Counted from the stretch's first letter, positions 37,601-50,400 are shown. The stretch is DNA of 64,000 nt from Orbicella franksi (GCA_964199315.1 OZ116701.1:806001-870000), one strand, 5' to 3'. The notes: generated by a model from the sequence alone, not told the origin. A program made the numbers and translations.

Positions 37601-40600
37601 TTGCTCCAAATTAGCTGAATTTTTGCATGTGGTCTTCAATGTAATAGAAAAACGTGGTTCTGCATTTTTGTCGCTGGTTTTTGCTTTGTTTTCGAGTTAA
37701 AACGTATGCAAAAAACTTGGCTTTTCCTAGCCATGTCTTTAGCAGTTTATTTGTTGAACAGCAAACAGGCAGACTGTTTATAGTGTATGAAGTCAAAATC
37801 AAATCCCACAGCATATAGAGCAGAAATCTGGGAACAGATTGTTTACATTGGTTATTGTGACGTGAACACAACACATGAATCGATCGAGCGTCAAACGAAA
37901 TGCCATCGAACAAAAAAGAGATGTGCCGGATTAGAGTTCTGTCAACTAATATCTTAGGCATTGTTTTAAAGTACCTTGTATGCCTGCCTGGTGGTTGAGA
38001 GGCATCATAAAGCCTCGATAAACCCGTAAGTCATCAGCAAGTTTTAAAGAATCAAAATGTGTTCTGAAACTTCGAAGGCAGCTGATATACCGTAACCGTG
38101 TTATCAGCGTTCAAAGTCAGATCGAGCCAGGTAGCAAAGTCCAAGAGCAGTTCTTGCCCAAGAAAAATACCCTCTGGTGAGTTGTGGCCCATTTGCCAGG
38201 CGTTGCTAGCGTCAAAGTTTGGAAAGCGAGAACTGGTTTTAGACTTATAAAATTTGTCTTGTATCCACCGCCATGTTTTCCCGCGAACGAGGTGTAAAGA
38301 CCCTTCCCAGCATGCATTGCGATTATGTTCTGTGAACGTTTCTCGAACTGGTAACTAGATTTAAACATAATAATGGCCAACGAGTAGCGATCGATTGTAA
38401 CAGATCTGTGATCCAGTTTGCGTTGATTTTATTTCAAATCGGCATGATTTGTAGTGTTTTGAGCTTCTGGGATCAGGGGACATGCAGATGTATGGAGACC
38501 CGTACGTTGCGTAGAAGGGTTAATCTGTTAATCTGTCAGCCCTATTTATAGAGCGTTTTCACGTGGAGTCATCAAATTCTTAAATCCAAAACTAAACAGC
38601 CACCAAAGTTGTTATCCTCATCAGGCGTAAGAGGTACCAGAGCATTTTGAACTTGGAAGTTATGGCGGTGCGTGACATAAAGCTACAATCTCGTTTGTCG
38701 AAAACTATGTATTTATCTCGTGATTTTTTAGCCATTTAAGACGTAGCTGTATTTGGAAAAGTGCTCATTGAAATGTTTATTTGTTTTATTTTATTTTTAT
38801 TTACACCTTTTTTGACTTGAAATCAACATCATTGAGCTTATACGTTGCGTGAAATTACCATTTTGCTGTTTTCTAAGTGAAATTAACATCCTTGCCGTCA
38901 AGCGTTAATGTGAAATCAACATTTTAACCTATTTAGACCTGAAATCAACATCATTGAGCTTATGCACTGCGTGAAATTGACATTTTGCTGGTTTCTAAGT
39001 GAAATCAACATCCTTGCTGTCATGCATTAACGTGAAATCAACATTTAAACCTTTTTTGACCTAAAATCAACATTTTTGAGCTTATATGTTGCGTGAAATT
39101 GACATTTTGCTGCTTTCTACGTGAAATCAAAGTCCTTGTGGTCGCGGCGGGCCGATCCTTTGTTATGATAAACCGAGGCGAGACTTCGACTTATAACAAA
39201 GGCTTGGCTTGGCTATTATAACAAAAGATCGGCTCTGTTTATCATAACAAAGGCCCGGCTTCATTTATTTGAAGGCCTTGGTGGGAAAAGGGCATCAGGT
39301 ATTTTAATCAAAAGTGAACTTTGTCGAAAACGCTCCAAATTTCGCATGCAGTTTTGTTTAGGTATGTTTAGCAAGATTGTTGATTTAAGATAAATATGTC
39401 ATCGAAGAAACGTAAAAGTTTGTACCCATTTGCAAGTACGAAGGTTTCAAAAACACTCGATCAGAATTGGGCTGATGCATTGGCTGCTAGCAACAAAGGT
39501 TCCTGCTTTGAGCAGGAGAAGTTGGTTGCACTGAACAAGGAAGACACTTGAAATTTTCTAAGCATTACTTCCTTAGTGCTTTCTCCATTCAAAGTGGTAT
39601 AAACAGTAACATCTCAACCCAATGAGTATCTTGTGGGTTTCCTTCACGTTGTTTACAAGTGGGCTCTTTCATTGTCTACATCTAAGCTAAAGTGTCATAA
39701 AAATCGAAAGGAAGAAACAGGAGCAAAAATTATTTTGTTACTAACCTGGGTGCACAAGTGGTTGAATTCAGATCTTGCAAAGGATATTTCTCACTGGAGG
39801 CAATATTTGAGACTCCTTTGTAATTAATAGGAGCTCTATTGTTAATGTAAAATGAGCGTTCCCTTGGTCAATCAACACATCATTATTTTCACATATTTTG
39901 TGTAATTATATCATTACACCAGAAGAATGCCCCAAATTATATTTTTCTTCATATCTCGAAACGAAAATTTCAGTGAGTGAGGTGCACATTTTGAGTTTGT
40001 TTCTGGTGAGTTTTTCATGTTTTTCACTGAAATTTGGAGAGAATGCTGCCCAATAATCAGGCAAAAAAACAGACTTGGAGAATTCTTCTTAGTAGTGAAG
40101 AGAATGCATGTTTTATCAAAACTCAAAGTTTAACTAGATTGTATTTAAAAAAAAACCAGACAAGTAATCAAAATTTCCCGACACGGTTTTTTAGAGAAAG
40201 GTGTCAAGAAGACAGAGGGATGTTGATCGCATCCTATTGCTCAAATCAGACCAGAAACAAACTTGATTAGTAAACTTTAGTACTTTGGGAAATAGGGTGC
40301 TATAATCGGAAAATCTTAAATTTTTTTATTTTAGTAAATATACCTTCGAAATCTACAATTCTTAAGCTTTCAGAAAATGTACATGTATACTTTACTGGGG
40401 TTTGCGTGAAACATCCCACCGTAAAGTGACTGATACCTTACCTGTATGGAACACTCAATAGACCAGGTTTTAGATGCTGCCAATCTCATGCCTGCTCCCT
40501 CTGCAAGTTTTCCCTCCTTCCTACCCTCTACATTTATCAAATCCAAGATGGCGGCCTACTATGAAAATGTGCACTCACACACCAAATACACCTGTACTGT

Positions 40601-43600
40601 AGGCTAACATAAGACATAAGTTTTGACTCTTTTAATGCTGGTACAAGATATGTTTGTTTTTGGCCAGATGTTTGATTTCACTTACTCGTTTGTTTTGGTC
40701 TCTGGGACATGAGCAGCATTTTAATAAACTAATTGAACCCTTTTGGTACACTTTGGTGGCATATCAGGCAAGTTTGGTTGAGCCATGGTTCATATTTTTG
40801 CTCAACTACCTCTCACCAAAATACTCATGGCTAAACAAAAGCAAGCCTGATATGTTGCAGAAACCAAAAAAAGTAAAATTAGGTATTTAGTGTAGCCACA
40901 TCGGCAAAGTGACCATGATATCATAGCCTTGTCAGGTCAGTGACTTGATATCACAGCATCAGGATATCAGGACAGTAGACAAGGCTTCTTATTGGCTAAT
41001 TGCAAATTTGCCTGCAGTAAGAGCTTATTATTTATCTCTCTTGTGTGATTTTCATGATAATTATGATCACAGGAAAAATCATTAAATCACTAAGATACCA
41101 ACCTGAAGAGAAAAAGACAAATCTAATTCAGTGTCAATCAGTCCAGTGGATGGAAGAACTATTTCATTAGATCTGAGTATCCGACGGGAACTCTGTAATA
41201 AAACAGAATTTATTGCTAGGTATCAATAATCTATATTTGCCATTGATTAATACTGATTGTCAGTAATTATTATTGACTATCATTGATTATTATTGATTGC
41301 TGTCACATGGCATTGAAGTGCCTTATTTCAACATGCCATGTGACAGGGTGTGAAAAAAAAAATTATGCTGAAATTTGCGGAGAGGAGGGGGGGGAGAGGG
41401 GGTGGGGTTGGAAATGCAGAAAAATCCATCTATTATGCAGAAAACAAAGGGGATTATGTGGAAATTTCAACAGTTAACAAAATTTCAGATAATAAAGCCT
41501 TTCCAATGCACCCACCAACAGTGAAACAAAAAGCACTTCAAACTCTTACCTACAGTTTTTAAAGCTCTTTAATATAATAAATTTGTTAAATATCATGCCT
41601 GCCAATTTTGATGTATGCTTGATCTGTTTCAAGTATTTGTTGACAGGTAATTCTTCATTTGACACTGGTTTTCTGTAGAACTTTGTTTGAAAACTTGTTC
41701 TTGGAACATTCATAACTTAGTAACCAGGCATTACATTGGATGATGAAAAAAACTAGTTTCCAGGCTCTTTGCCTAAAGTAGGTTGGAATGCCTGGAGGTT
41801 AAAAATTTGTCACTAATGAATCAAACAGTGTGTTTTTGTCGCTGTTTTAGGAGAAAAACCACTTCAAAACAATCAATCTCTTTGGAATTTTCACTTGTGG
41901 GGATGGTAAGCAGCTGCTTTATCACTAATAAGAAACACTTTTTTCTGTTTAAGGCAAAGAAAAGCTGATTATGCAGAGGATGCGGATCTTAGAAAATTAT
42001 GCGGATTCGCCCCAGCACATCCTGTCAGATGTCCTGTTTTAACAGTTTTTGGCATGATAGACATTACTCTCCTAGAAAGTTGTATGATTCTGATACTTTT
42101 TGCCCCTGAAATGAAGGTTCAATATTTGGAGTGGAGCCATACCCAACCAAGTTGACGGAACACCTTATAATAGGGAGAACACACCAAGAAGGCATCCACT
42201 TAAAATAGAAAAAAGAAAATGTAAGACTTTGATGGGCCAAGCAGTTGCCTGGCAGAACAATCACATTGAAGAGGTGTTTTGTGAGCCTTTACGTATAAAA
42301 TGGGAAACACTGACCAAAAATGCATATACCAAGTTGAACTCTTACACATCAAGGACAAAAGATTCAAAGAGGCTATATTAAGTCACTGAATTTGGAAAAT
42401 GAGGAATAGGCCGCTTGGCTGAGAGTGTTAGGGTGGTGGTCTCGTAATCCAGAGGTCTCAGATTCAAGCCCCTCCCTTTCTATTGGTTGTATTTATTTGT
42501 GGTGCTCCTGAGTTTAACTCCTGGGGTACACTTTGTAAATATCCGCAACTGGTCTGCCTCCTGCCAGCTGGGATTGTTATCTATATTGTTATGCTTATAA
42601 GTTATGCTTATTTGTATAGTGTATAATTTGTATCAGAATTTGTTGATATTGGCCCTGATACTCCCATTAGGGAGCGGCCAATGAGGATATATTTTCATTT
42701 AATTACGAAAGAGTATTGAGGCCCACAAAACTCACTTTTAGTTCTTCCTTGTCCAGAGTGGCAATAACATTATTGTTTGGTGCACTAAATCAGTGATTCT
42801 TTAACATTAGGGCCAAAAGATCAGTTGAAAAACAATCCACTCTCTGATTTCAGGGCAATATTTCACCATAAATATTGTGTGTTCAGCTATAAGAAATATG
42901 TCAGTGATGTCTTTATTTACCTGCATAGAGACTGAAATAATAACTTCTGTTAAGCCTGGCTCCAGCGGCTTTAGTAGTTCCAATCGTGTCAGTGTCATAG
43001 TACAGAGCCTAAAGTAGAAGCACAATCAAGTCAATACATAGCTCTTGACTTTTGCAGGGGTAAACCACATAAAAAGTTTAGTTATTCCATGTAAAAAGAT
43101 CATACTGTCAAGTTCCTATGATAACCCTTCATCTCAAGTTTGTTCATAAGGCTTTTTGGTGGGAAAAACTAACTATTGGACAAACTAACAAATAATTATA
43201 CATTATATCTGGGTTTATGCTTGTGAGAAGTGATGTCACTCAAAAAAATTCTCAGCAACAAGCCAGGGCATTGCATACTACCTTGTCATTGTCACTTTGT
43301 ACCTATGCTCCTCTTGAAACTGTGAAAGGTCAGGCAAGAATTTTTTTTGTTCAAGATTTCTGGTCCTGAGGGTGTGCATGTTTTAACAGAAAGTTAAGCT
43401 GCGAGAAGGATCATAATCTTTATCATATGGCTTGTGTTTGTAGTCGATATCATGGGTGCTCTAATTGGCTACTTTTAGGGTGTTATTCTCCTGTAATGCC
43501 CAAAGGTCGATTACAGGCCTACAAAACCAAAGCAAAAAGTTGTATAAATAACAACTTATTAACCTCAAATGTTCCATCTTTACAGGGAAAATCTAAAACC

Positions 43601-45946
43601 TCGACCTTGCTGTAATGACAGAGCGATTGGTTTAAGATTTACTTGTAAAGGTCTCACCCTTAGTTTATAAGTAGTTAGTAAATTTATGGCTTGCATTTAC
43701 TTCCAATCCTATATTACCTCTTGCAGGAACAAACACATTTCAAATATACTATGTAGTTCAAATACCAAGCCATTGTCTTAATGTAAAGTAAAGCCAGCCA
43801 AGCACACAGAGGTCAGAGAATAACAAAACATGTCAAAATAGTTCACAGGTCCATTAACAGACAATGCTCATGTCCATCATATCCTGTTTCCTCTGCACAG
43901 AATGTGGCTCTGTTATATTTTCTATAGTTAAAGAGGACACAGTGATTATTTAAATAATTTCATAAGCAAGTATTTGGTGACATCAAGGAATTAATGTTAC
44001 TTGAGCTTTCCACAAGACAAAAAAGTTCTTAATATATGCATTGGTTTATTTTTAAATTAATATCCATATATCAAAATAACCCTTGGCATGTAAAGCGCTA
44101 AATTATACATGAGGAAAACTGATAAAATAATGAAAGCCTTCTTATTGTAAAGCTCAATTTCCTTACACAATAATTATTATTGATGTCAACTGTACTGAAC
44201 ATCTGCTTGTTAATTTCAATATTTATAACAATAACATTTGTTGTGTTTTTAAATCACACAAACCATACAATCTAGCTATTTTAGGCAGTAGTCAGATCAC
44301 ATCATTATCATATAAAATCATGTTCCTTTTTTAAAACTGGAAATTTTGAAGGTTTGACATTTTCAACTTTAAAACCCAAAAGGACTTTATATTTAAAAGC
44401 TTGAACGTGAAAAGATTATTATAAATAATTTCAAGCAAGAAAGGTTTCAAATCACTGTATTTGAAAACAAACCCTAATAGTTTTTAGTGATATTAAAATA
44501 AGCTTTATAAAAAGCCAGATCTTTCGGTTTCCTTCAAAGACCCAAAATATAATTCAATCACCTATGGTGCTAAATCCCAAAAGAGGATTAAGGAAATCAA
44601 AAACTCCTTTCTTAAAACTCTGCCAGATGTCTAACCTCAACAAAACCATTATTAGCTGGAGACGTAATTTGCATACAAACAGATCCGCTCTCAGGTTTGT
44701 GTAATTTTTTCCAACAATTTGAGTACTTTAAAATCAACAAATCTTATGGATAGAACCAGAGCCCTGTGTCTAAAACGTAAATTAAAAAAAAAAAACTTAA
44801 ACGCTTTTGTGCAATGGCTACATTTGATGATATTTACAGCAGCATGCAAAGCAAGAATTAATAAATCCTAATCGGCCATTTTCTCCACTTTGTCCAAAAC
44901 AAATGTGAAATTTTATTATTTCAAAAAACTTTATCGTTTTCGTTTGAACCTTTCTTCGCTTGACTCGTATGTCAGAAAACGACCTCGCTTTAATAGTCAC
45001 GCTCCAAGTTTTAAAAGCGTGCCATACCTTTGAATGTGTCAACAACATAAATTTGCATTTTTGCTCTTGAACCACATCTTACGTTTAGCGAAATTCTGAA
45101 CCACAGCAGAAAGATTCTCTGTTTGCTCAAGGTCGAACACAAAGCGAAAAGCTATAACGCTTATCTGATTTTAATTTGAAGGCGATGAAGGCGAAAATTA
45201 ACGCTTGATCTTTCTTATTCGCTTTGTCGTGATCTTTGTTCCTTGATGAACTTCGATCCAAATCAAATTTCGCATGAGCTGTTGCGTGGAAAGACATAGC
45301 AAAAATAATTTCATAACTGTGGATAACTCCAATGCAAATAAATTTGTTAATCAAAGGATTAAAGATAAGATGTGCAAGTTTCACGACCGCATAGTTTACT
45401 TTAAAAATGTCACTACCTCCTTTGAAAAACCTCCAAACGCAAAGTGAAAAAAATTGTCATATTGGAGACGTAAGATTGCAAACTTCCAGAATGCCTTCAC
45501 AACGGCACGTGCTCCGATATAACTATGTGCACTATAAACGCGAATGTTTTCACTGACAAATAAAGATTAAAGATTGAAGCATACACTCATTTCTTTGACT
45601 CCACTCTGTGGTATTAAAAAAAACTTCGCATTTTAATTTGTGTGGAGACTTAGAAAAATCTAATGATTAGAGGATTACAGTGCATGCTATATGAGAAGCA
45701 TTTCAACAGAATACTACAAACTAACCTTCGGGAAACAACCATGCATTACTGTCAACTGAACATGCTGTCTTAACAATATTTGCAAGTGCTTTGAAACCCA
45801 CCAATACGTTTAAAACTCACTCACCGCGGTACACAATTGGGCGATGTTCTTTCTACTTCCCAAGTGGCAAATAATTTCATTGGAACTGGTCTTTGGGGTG
45901 TAGATGCTATCGAAACATCTCGACGAATTCCCCCGACGTCCGCCAT
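24122..45946 (-). CDS. PACS: Phosphofurin acidic cluster sorting protein (PACS1/PACS2 co-orthologue), about 837 aa, 25 exons
   Basis: complement(join(45825..45946,42921..43008,41103..41192,37070..37195,36212..36303,35694..35743,35182..35264,34809..34877,34615..34677,33829..34001,32791..32842,31589..31666,31318..31503,30739..30843,30315..30421,29836..29990,29397..29504,28942..29044,28049..28091,27402..27435,26850..26988,26052..26148,25833..25941,24399..24521,24122..24240)). All introns are GT-AG with consistent phases. Hallmarks: [48 protein letters not shown], acidic cluster, [50 protein letters not shown]. Confidence 0.95.
27095..27280. repeat. (ATA/ATG)n trinucleotide microsatellite
   Basis: Read directly; intronic. 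Confidence 0.95.
27570..27930 (-). mobile_element. Possible LINE 3' remnant
   Basis: The minus strand ends ATAAATAAAGCTGTTGTTGTTG (polyA signal plus trinucleotide tail), typical of non-LTR retroelement 3' ends. No RT motif seen. Confidence 0.3.
28281..28605. repeat. (AGTAGC)n and (TTA/TTG)n microsatellites flanking a 190-N assembly gap (28315-28504)
   Basis: Read directly. Confidence 0.95.
33480..33775 (-). mobile_element. Decayed CORE-like tRNA SINE
   Basis: GGTACCTATTATACACATGGGTGGAGAGAGGC..TTATCCCAAAACACAACACAATGTCC..GCCAGGGCTCAAACCCAGG, homologous to 58622-58880. Confidence 0.65.
34184..34257 (+). repeat. tRNA-like repeat unit (pseudo-tRNA, GGT anticodon loop) within a longer repeat (about 34150-34310)
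   Basis: GGCTTGATAGCTCAGTTGGTAGAGCACTGCACTGGTATCACAGAGGGTCATGGGTTCAAACCCTGCTCAGGCC has A and B boxes, but the anticodon and T stems are mismatched. Confidence 0.6.
38550..39280. mobile_element. Non-autonomous DNA transposon-like region with about 3 x 122-bp tandem units (38805-39135) and TTATAACAAAGG subrepeats
   Basis: Starts TATAGAGCGTTTTCACGTGGAGTCA. GAAATCAACA repeats recur at 122-bp spacing (38819, 38941, 39063). Lies in PACS intron 3. Confidence 0.55.
42410..42690 (+). mobile_element. Decayed Deu/Nin-like tRNA SINE
   Basis: GTAAATATCCGCAACTGGTCTGCCTCCTGCCAGCTGGGATT core plus tRNA-like head and GGGAGCGGCCAATGAG tail. Confidence 0.65.
43929..45424. mobile_element. Possible Kolobok-like non-autonomous element in PACS intron 1
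   Basis: TTAAAGAGGACACAGTGA at left and TCACTACCTCCTTTGAA at right (TTAA-type flanks, short imperfect TIR). Confidence 0.35.
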
Positions 45947-46020
45947 CTTGAGCAGATCTCATATTGTTTTGGTAAACTACGCGTGCGCATTGGTCGGTAA
46001 CTTCCGGTAAAGTTATTTTC

Positions 46021-46070
46021 ATCACTGACAATCACTGACAATCACTGACAATCACTGACAATCACTGACA
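46021..46070. repeat. Perfect 10-bp x5 tandem repeat (ATCACTGACA) in the PACS proximal promoter / 5' region
   Basis: Five identical copies starting 75 bp upstream of the PACS ATG (45946). Confidence 0.95.
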
Positions 46071-46084
46071 GTGCAATTTAAATT

Positions 46085-46230
46085 TTTACCAAATTGAAGT
46101 CAGCTGTCCTGTTATTGACAATGAATTGTCAAAGTAGTTTGCGGATCCACTTCGCCATCGCCTGGTGGATCCACAGCTTCTTTGACAATGTTATGACGAA
46201 ATTCATGACGTCGATTTGTTGCAGTGCGAC
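46085..46230. mobile_element. Truncated palindromic MITE (same family as 20131-20262)
   Basis: TTGTCAAAGTAGTTTGCGGATCCAC..GTGGATCCACAGCTTCTTTGACAA. Confidence 0.65.
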
Positions 46231-46482
46231 TACTCAAAGCGGCCCACTTAGACAAGAGTTAACCAATCAGAACGTTACTTGAGAACAAAGGATAGCGATC
46301 CTTTACTCAAAGTAAACCAATAACATTGAAGAATACGAACAATAGATCTTAACAAAAACTTAAAACGCAACAAAGTGGGAATTGTTGCGAACCGCTCAGG
46401 AAACTTTGCTTTTTTTCGATTGGTTAGTTTCGATTCTAAATTTTGTACGTTTTTCAACGGTTTCGGTTTAGTTGCCGCAATA

Positions 46483-46671
46483 TAAGGGTGCGTTCCTTTG
46501 GGGTTATCCGGATCCAGATCAGTGATCCAAGATCACTCGGATCATGGTGCATCAAAGGAACCGACGAATCCACTCTGGTCACGGATTCATCGGTTCCTTT
46601 GATGCGTCATGATCCGAGTTATCTTGGATCACTGATCCTGATCCAGATCATCCCAAAGGAACGCACCCTAA
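46483..46671. mobile_element. Harbinger-like hairpin MITE with TAA TSD
   Basis: TAA-GGGTGCGTTCCTTTGGG..CCCAAAGGAACGCACCC-TAA; almost the whole element is self-complementary. Confidence 0.85.
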
Positions 46672-46808
46672 GTTTTCAAGCCAGGCTAAATTTCTCGAGC
46701 GGAGATTTATAATTATGCTAATTCGCTGTCAAGGACTGAATCTCGAAGAGTTTCCATAACGCAGAGGAGTCGATGGTGTTTCTGTTTTTACGCTAGCTAA
46801 AACAACGG

Positions 46809-47312
46809 TCCGCTCCAGTGCTGGTATGTTAACTGACATCAGATATCAAAATCCAGACTAGCAAAAGACACGGATCAAGAGATCGCACCATGGTGGCTTT
46901 AATATACTATAAGTACATCATAATAAGGTATATTACAGCACGGAACCGTGTTTTTAAATAAAGATGATGATGACGATGATTATTCACCGCCTTGGAGGGG
47001 GGGTCCAGAGGATTTTCGGTTAAAGAGAGTGACATTTGGCTGATCCCTCTTTAAATGTCATTTCATTGAAGTGACCCCCCCTCATAACTATTGATAAATT
47101 CGTGATCCCCCCCCACTTCTTCGTACGCACATTCACCTTTCGACGTGAATAGTTAGTGCTTTTAACGTTCATATGCAAATAATATATCCTGAATATATCT
47201 AATGTACTTATAGTATATTAAAGCCGCCATGGTGCGATCTCTTGATCCGTGTCTTTTGCTAGTCTGGATGCCGATATCTGATGTCGGTTAACATACCAGC
47301 ACTGGGGCGGAT
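46809..47312. repeat. About 110-bp inverted repeat pair (46809-46918 / 47202-47312) with a 283-bp spacer
   Basis: CCAGTGCTGGTATGTTAACTGACATCAGATATC..CCAGACTAGCAAAAGACACGGATCAAGAGATCGCACCATGGTGGCTTTAATATACTATAAGTACAT and its reverse complement, with only a few mismatches. Confidence 0.9.
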
Positions 47313-47460
47313 ACAGGATTTTAGAGAAGGGCATTCGAGATATGGATAGCGCTTCCTGTAGGGGGGTCCTCGGAAATGGGATTTCCGGCATTCTGAGGCG
47401 AGGTCAGTGTGCTATAATGTCTCAATTCAGGGGATTCGACCCCCACTGGATCCGCCCCAG
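47302..47460. mobile_element. MITE with CTGGGGCGGATCCAG-type TIRs
   Basis: CTGGGGCGGATACAG at left versus CTGGATCCGCCCCAG at right. Confidence 0.7.
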
Positions 47461-50400
47461 CAGCAATCTAACCATTCCAAGTGCGTGGAAACTGCAAAGT
47501 TACTTGTTTGAGTGCCAAATAACGTTAAACGTCCACCTAGTCCGTATGGACATGTGACATTTAACAGTAATTCGGCTATTTGATGCCCCCCTCTTTTGAC
47601 CTCTCAGTTATGACTGATCCCCCCTTCTGTTATCCTAAAAATGAAATGATCCCCGCCCCAAATCCTCCGGATCCCCTTACCCCCGGCAATTAAACAATGA
47701 CCGGTCCCTAATTATTTTCCAGTCACACCTGCATAGCGCTTCCAGCGAATATTTTCTTGTAGGTTTTCTAGCGGAGAGAGCTCTTTCACAAATGATTTAA
47801 TCGGCATAGTTAAATGAGACAAAATTTCTTACTTTCACATCCCCCGGCTCCAGGTCTTGCTTCTTCGCTCAGACCACGTGACCCGAAATGGATTGACCGC
47901 TGCGAAATACCGAGGCCCAGGGACTAGGCAAGTTGGAAACTACTGATAACAGCTGACAGAGTCAATCATAGTAGTCATGTCAAAGCGACTGAAAAATCAC
48001 GCAAGTTTCTGGAGAATTGTATTTTGTGGCTGAAAAGTCCAGAGTGGGGGTTGTAATAAACGTATGTACGTGTGTATGTGTGCGAGAGCTAATTTGAATA
48101 GACCCGTTTTTCGTTCTAGAAAACAATGAAATATACTCATCTACCTCTATAAACCTGACATGGAAGATAATTTTACAGCCAGGGGTACCTCCTCAAAGTT
48201 TTTGGTGGAGTGTGAGGCCCGAACCTTGAAACCTGTATCCTATTTCAGACCAAAATGTACGATTTTCCATTCCCTATTTCAGACCTGAGCGAAAAATCGA
48301 GTTAAGACCTCTAAAATTAGCTCACTGCTCTTATATGTGACCGCAGCTAACCAGACATGGCTACCCTTGTGTGAACATTTGCCAATGTTGATGCGAAATA
48401 AACACCCAATGCCAAGCCAGAGTGAAAAACAAACCCTATTACAGATCAAAATGGTCAAAACCTATACCTTTTTAACTTGTAAAATCCAAGTTGTAGGTAT
48501 TGTTGGGAGATTAAATCGATCCTCTCTTCGCTCTTTCGCTTCTTGTTATACTTTTAGTAAATTCGCATAATCAATGTATAAGGCTTTCAGCAGAGTTCAA
48601 GTAATATTCGACCTATTGGTGAAACGATTTCGTCACCGAGTGATTAGCTTAAATTTTATTGGCGATGTTTCTCATTTGTTCTTTGCATTTCTGGCGCAAG
48701 TACTAAATATCTCACAGCAGAAAAAATCTACATTGAGAAGATTTTCGCTCGAACGTCTCTATATGTGGAATAAAGCTGCATCATAAAAATTCTTGTTTTT
48801 CGGCCATTTCAATTTCAGGAGAAATAGAAAACAACAAACATAACAAATAGATTACGCATGGTATATTCAACTTGACGTTTCGTATGTTACAACACACATG
48901 TTCAGAAGTGACGGTTACGAAATATGACAAAATTTAAAAAGACTAAAACCAAAGCGAGGTATTGGTAACATTTAGAATTGAACGCTGTCGTTACATATTT
49001 AGCCTGAGCGAGGTTTCAGAGCCATAGGCATCCTGGACAAATTCAATTTTACAAGGCGTTGTCCACGGCGTCGCCGTCGTCATTGTTAAGATCCCTATAT
49101 TTGCATCTCGGATGCTCGGAGGTCGATACACTTGTTTAACGTGGGGTCTTTCATCCTAAGCGGCTGCTTTGTGCTTTGCTCATGCTTTATCATGTTTTAT
49201 CCCAAGACCAATCGAACGTAGATGAGAGTATCGTGTAAAAACCGTAAAAAATCACATGAATTGCGGCTCTTTTTGCCAAGGTTCTTTTTAATTGAGCGAT
49301 TAAGTTGTCGAGCGTTTCGGTAGGAAGTTTTTCCCTCCTGCTGAAACAATCTCGTTTACATTACTTCGCCGATGCAATACCCTTTTATCTTCCCCATTAC
49401 TACACGGCAATCGTTTGCATCTTCTTCTTCAGTATAGCTTAAGGTTTTGAACACTAAAAGGCCATCGTCATCAATAACGTCCTTGAACATGGTGAGTTGA
49501 TACTCGGGGCTTTCCCACTCCAAACCAAGTAATTATTACAGTATTTCTCTTTCCATAGCTTCCACTTCTCGGGGATCTCGCTACATAAATGGACCTCAAA
49601 TCTAATAAATGTTGCGGAGCCAATGATATCTTGGAGGAATAGCATTGAAAATTGTGATGCTTTAGGCGGCGAAGCACCCGAAGTTGTTTTCGCTCGTAGG
49701 CATTCGTAGACGGTAGCCGTTGTCGACGAATTTGAACTACCCTTTAGCTGCAACGTGCAATATTAGATGGCAGAGAGAACCTTAAACGAACGTGATCAAT
49801 CATGTCTTAACCTGGCACAGTAACTCAAGATACACAAGGTGAACGCGTATTTTAATATAAAACTGTATGCATAGCATAAATTACAAAGCCGTTACAGAAC
49901 ATAAGCGTGCATATAAAGAACGTTTGGCAAATTACCATATTATAGCGTTAAATTAAGGTATGTCCGCCATTTTGAATAATCAAATCCAGCCGATGTCAGA
50001 AACTCGATTGTCCGGTTTGACTATGACGTCAGTGCTCTCTCATTGGCTCACAACCAAGCCTTTTGTTCTTTCGCTTTATAAGTGCGACACCACCCGGATG
50101 GTTGGGCGGCTAGTTAACTCCACCGCAATACACACATCGTTCCTACACAGCCTACATCTCAGTAATCCCCCACATATACCTACACGAACGTATTAATTCC
50201 AACATATGCCTACACAGCCCACATCTCACGAATCCCTCACATTTAGCCTCACACTTCCACACACTACCCTCAAATGTGTTTCTAGAGTCATTACACATTT
50301 ATTGAGTGGTTATCAACCAAGTAGTCTTAAGATATCTTGGAACAAGTAAATTGACTATTGTTATTCAAATTATCCGTTCACTTACCGTGCGTTCAGCCGG

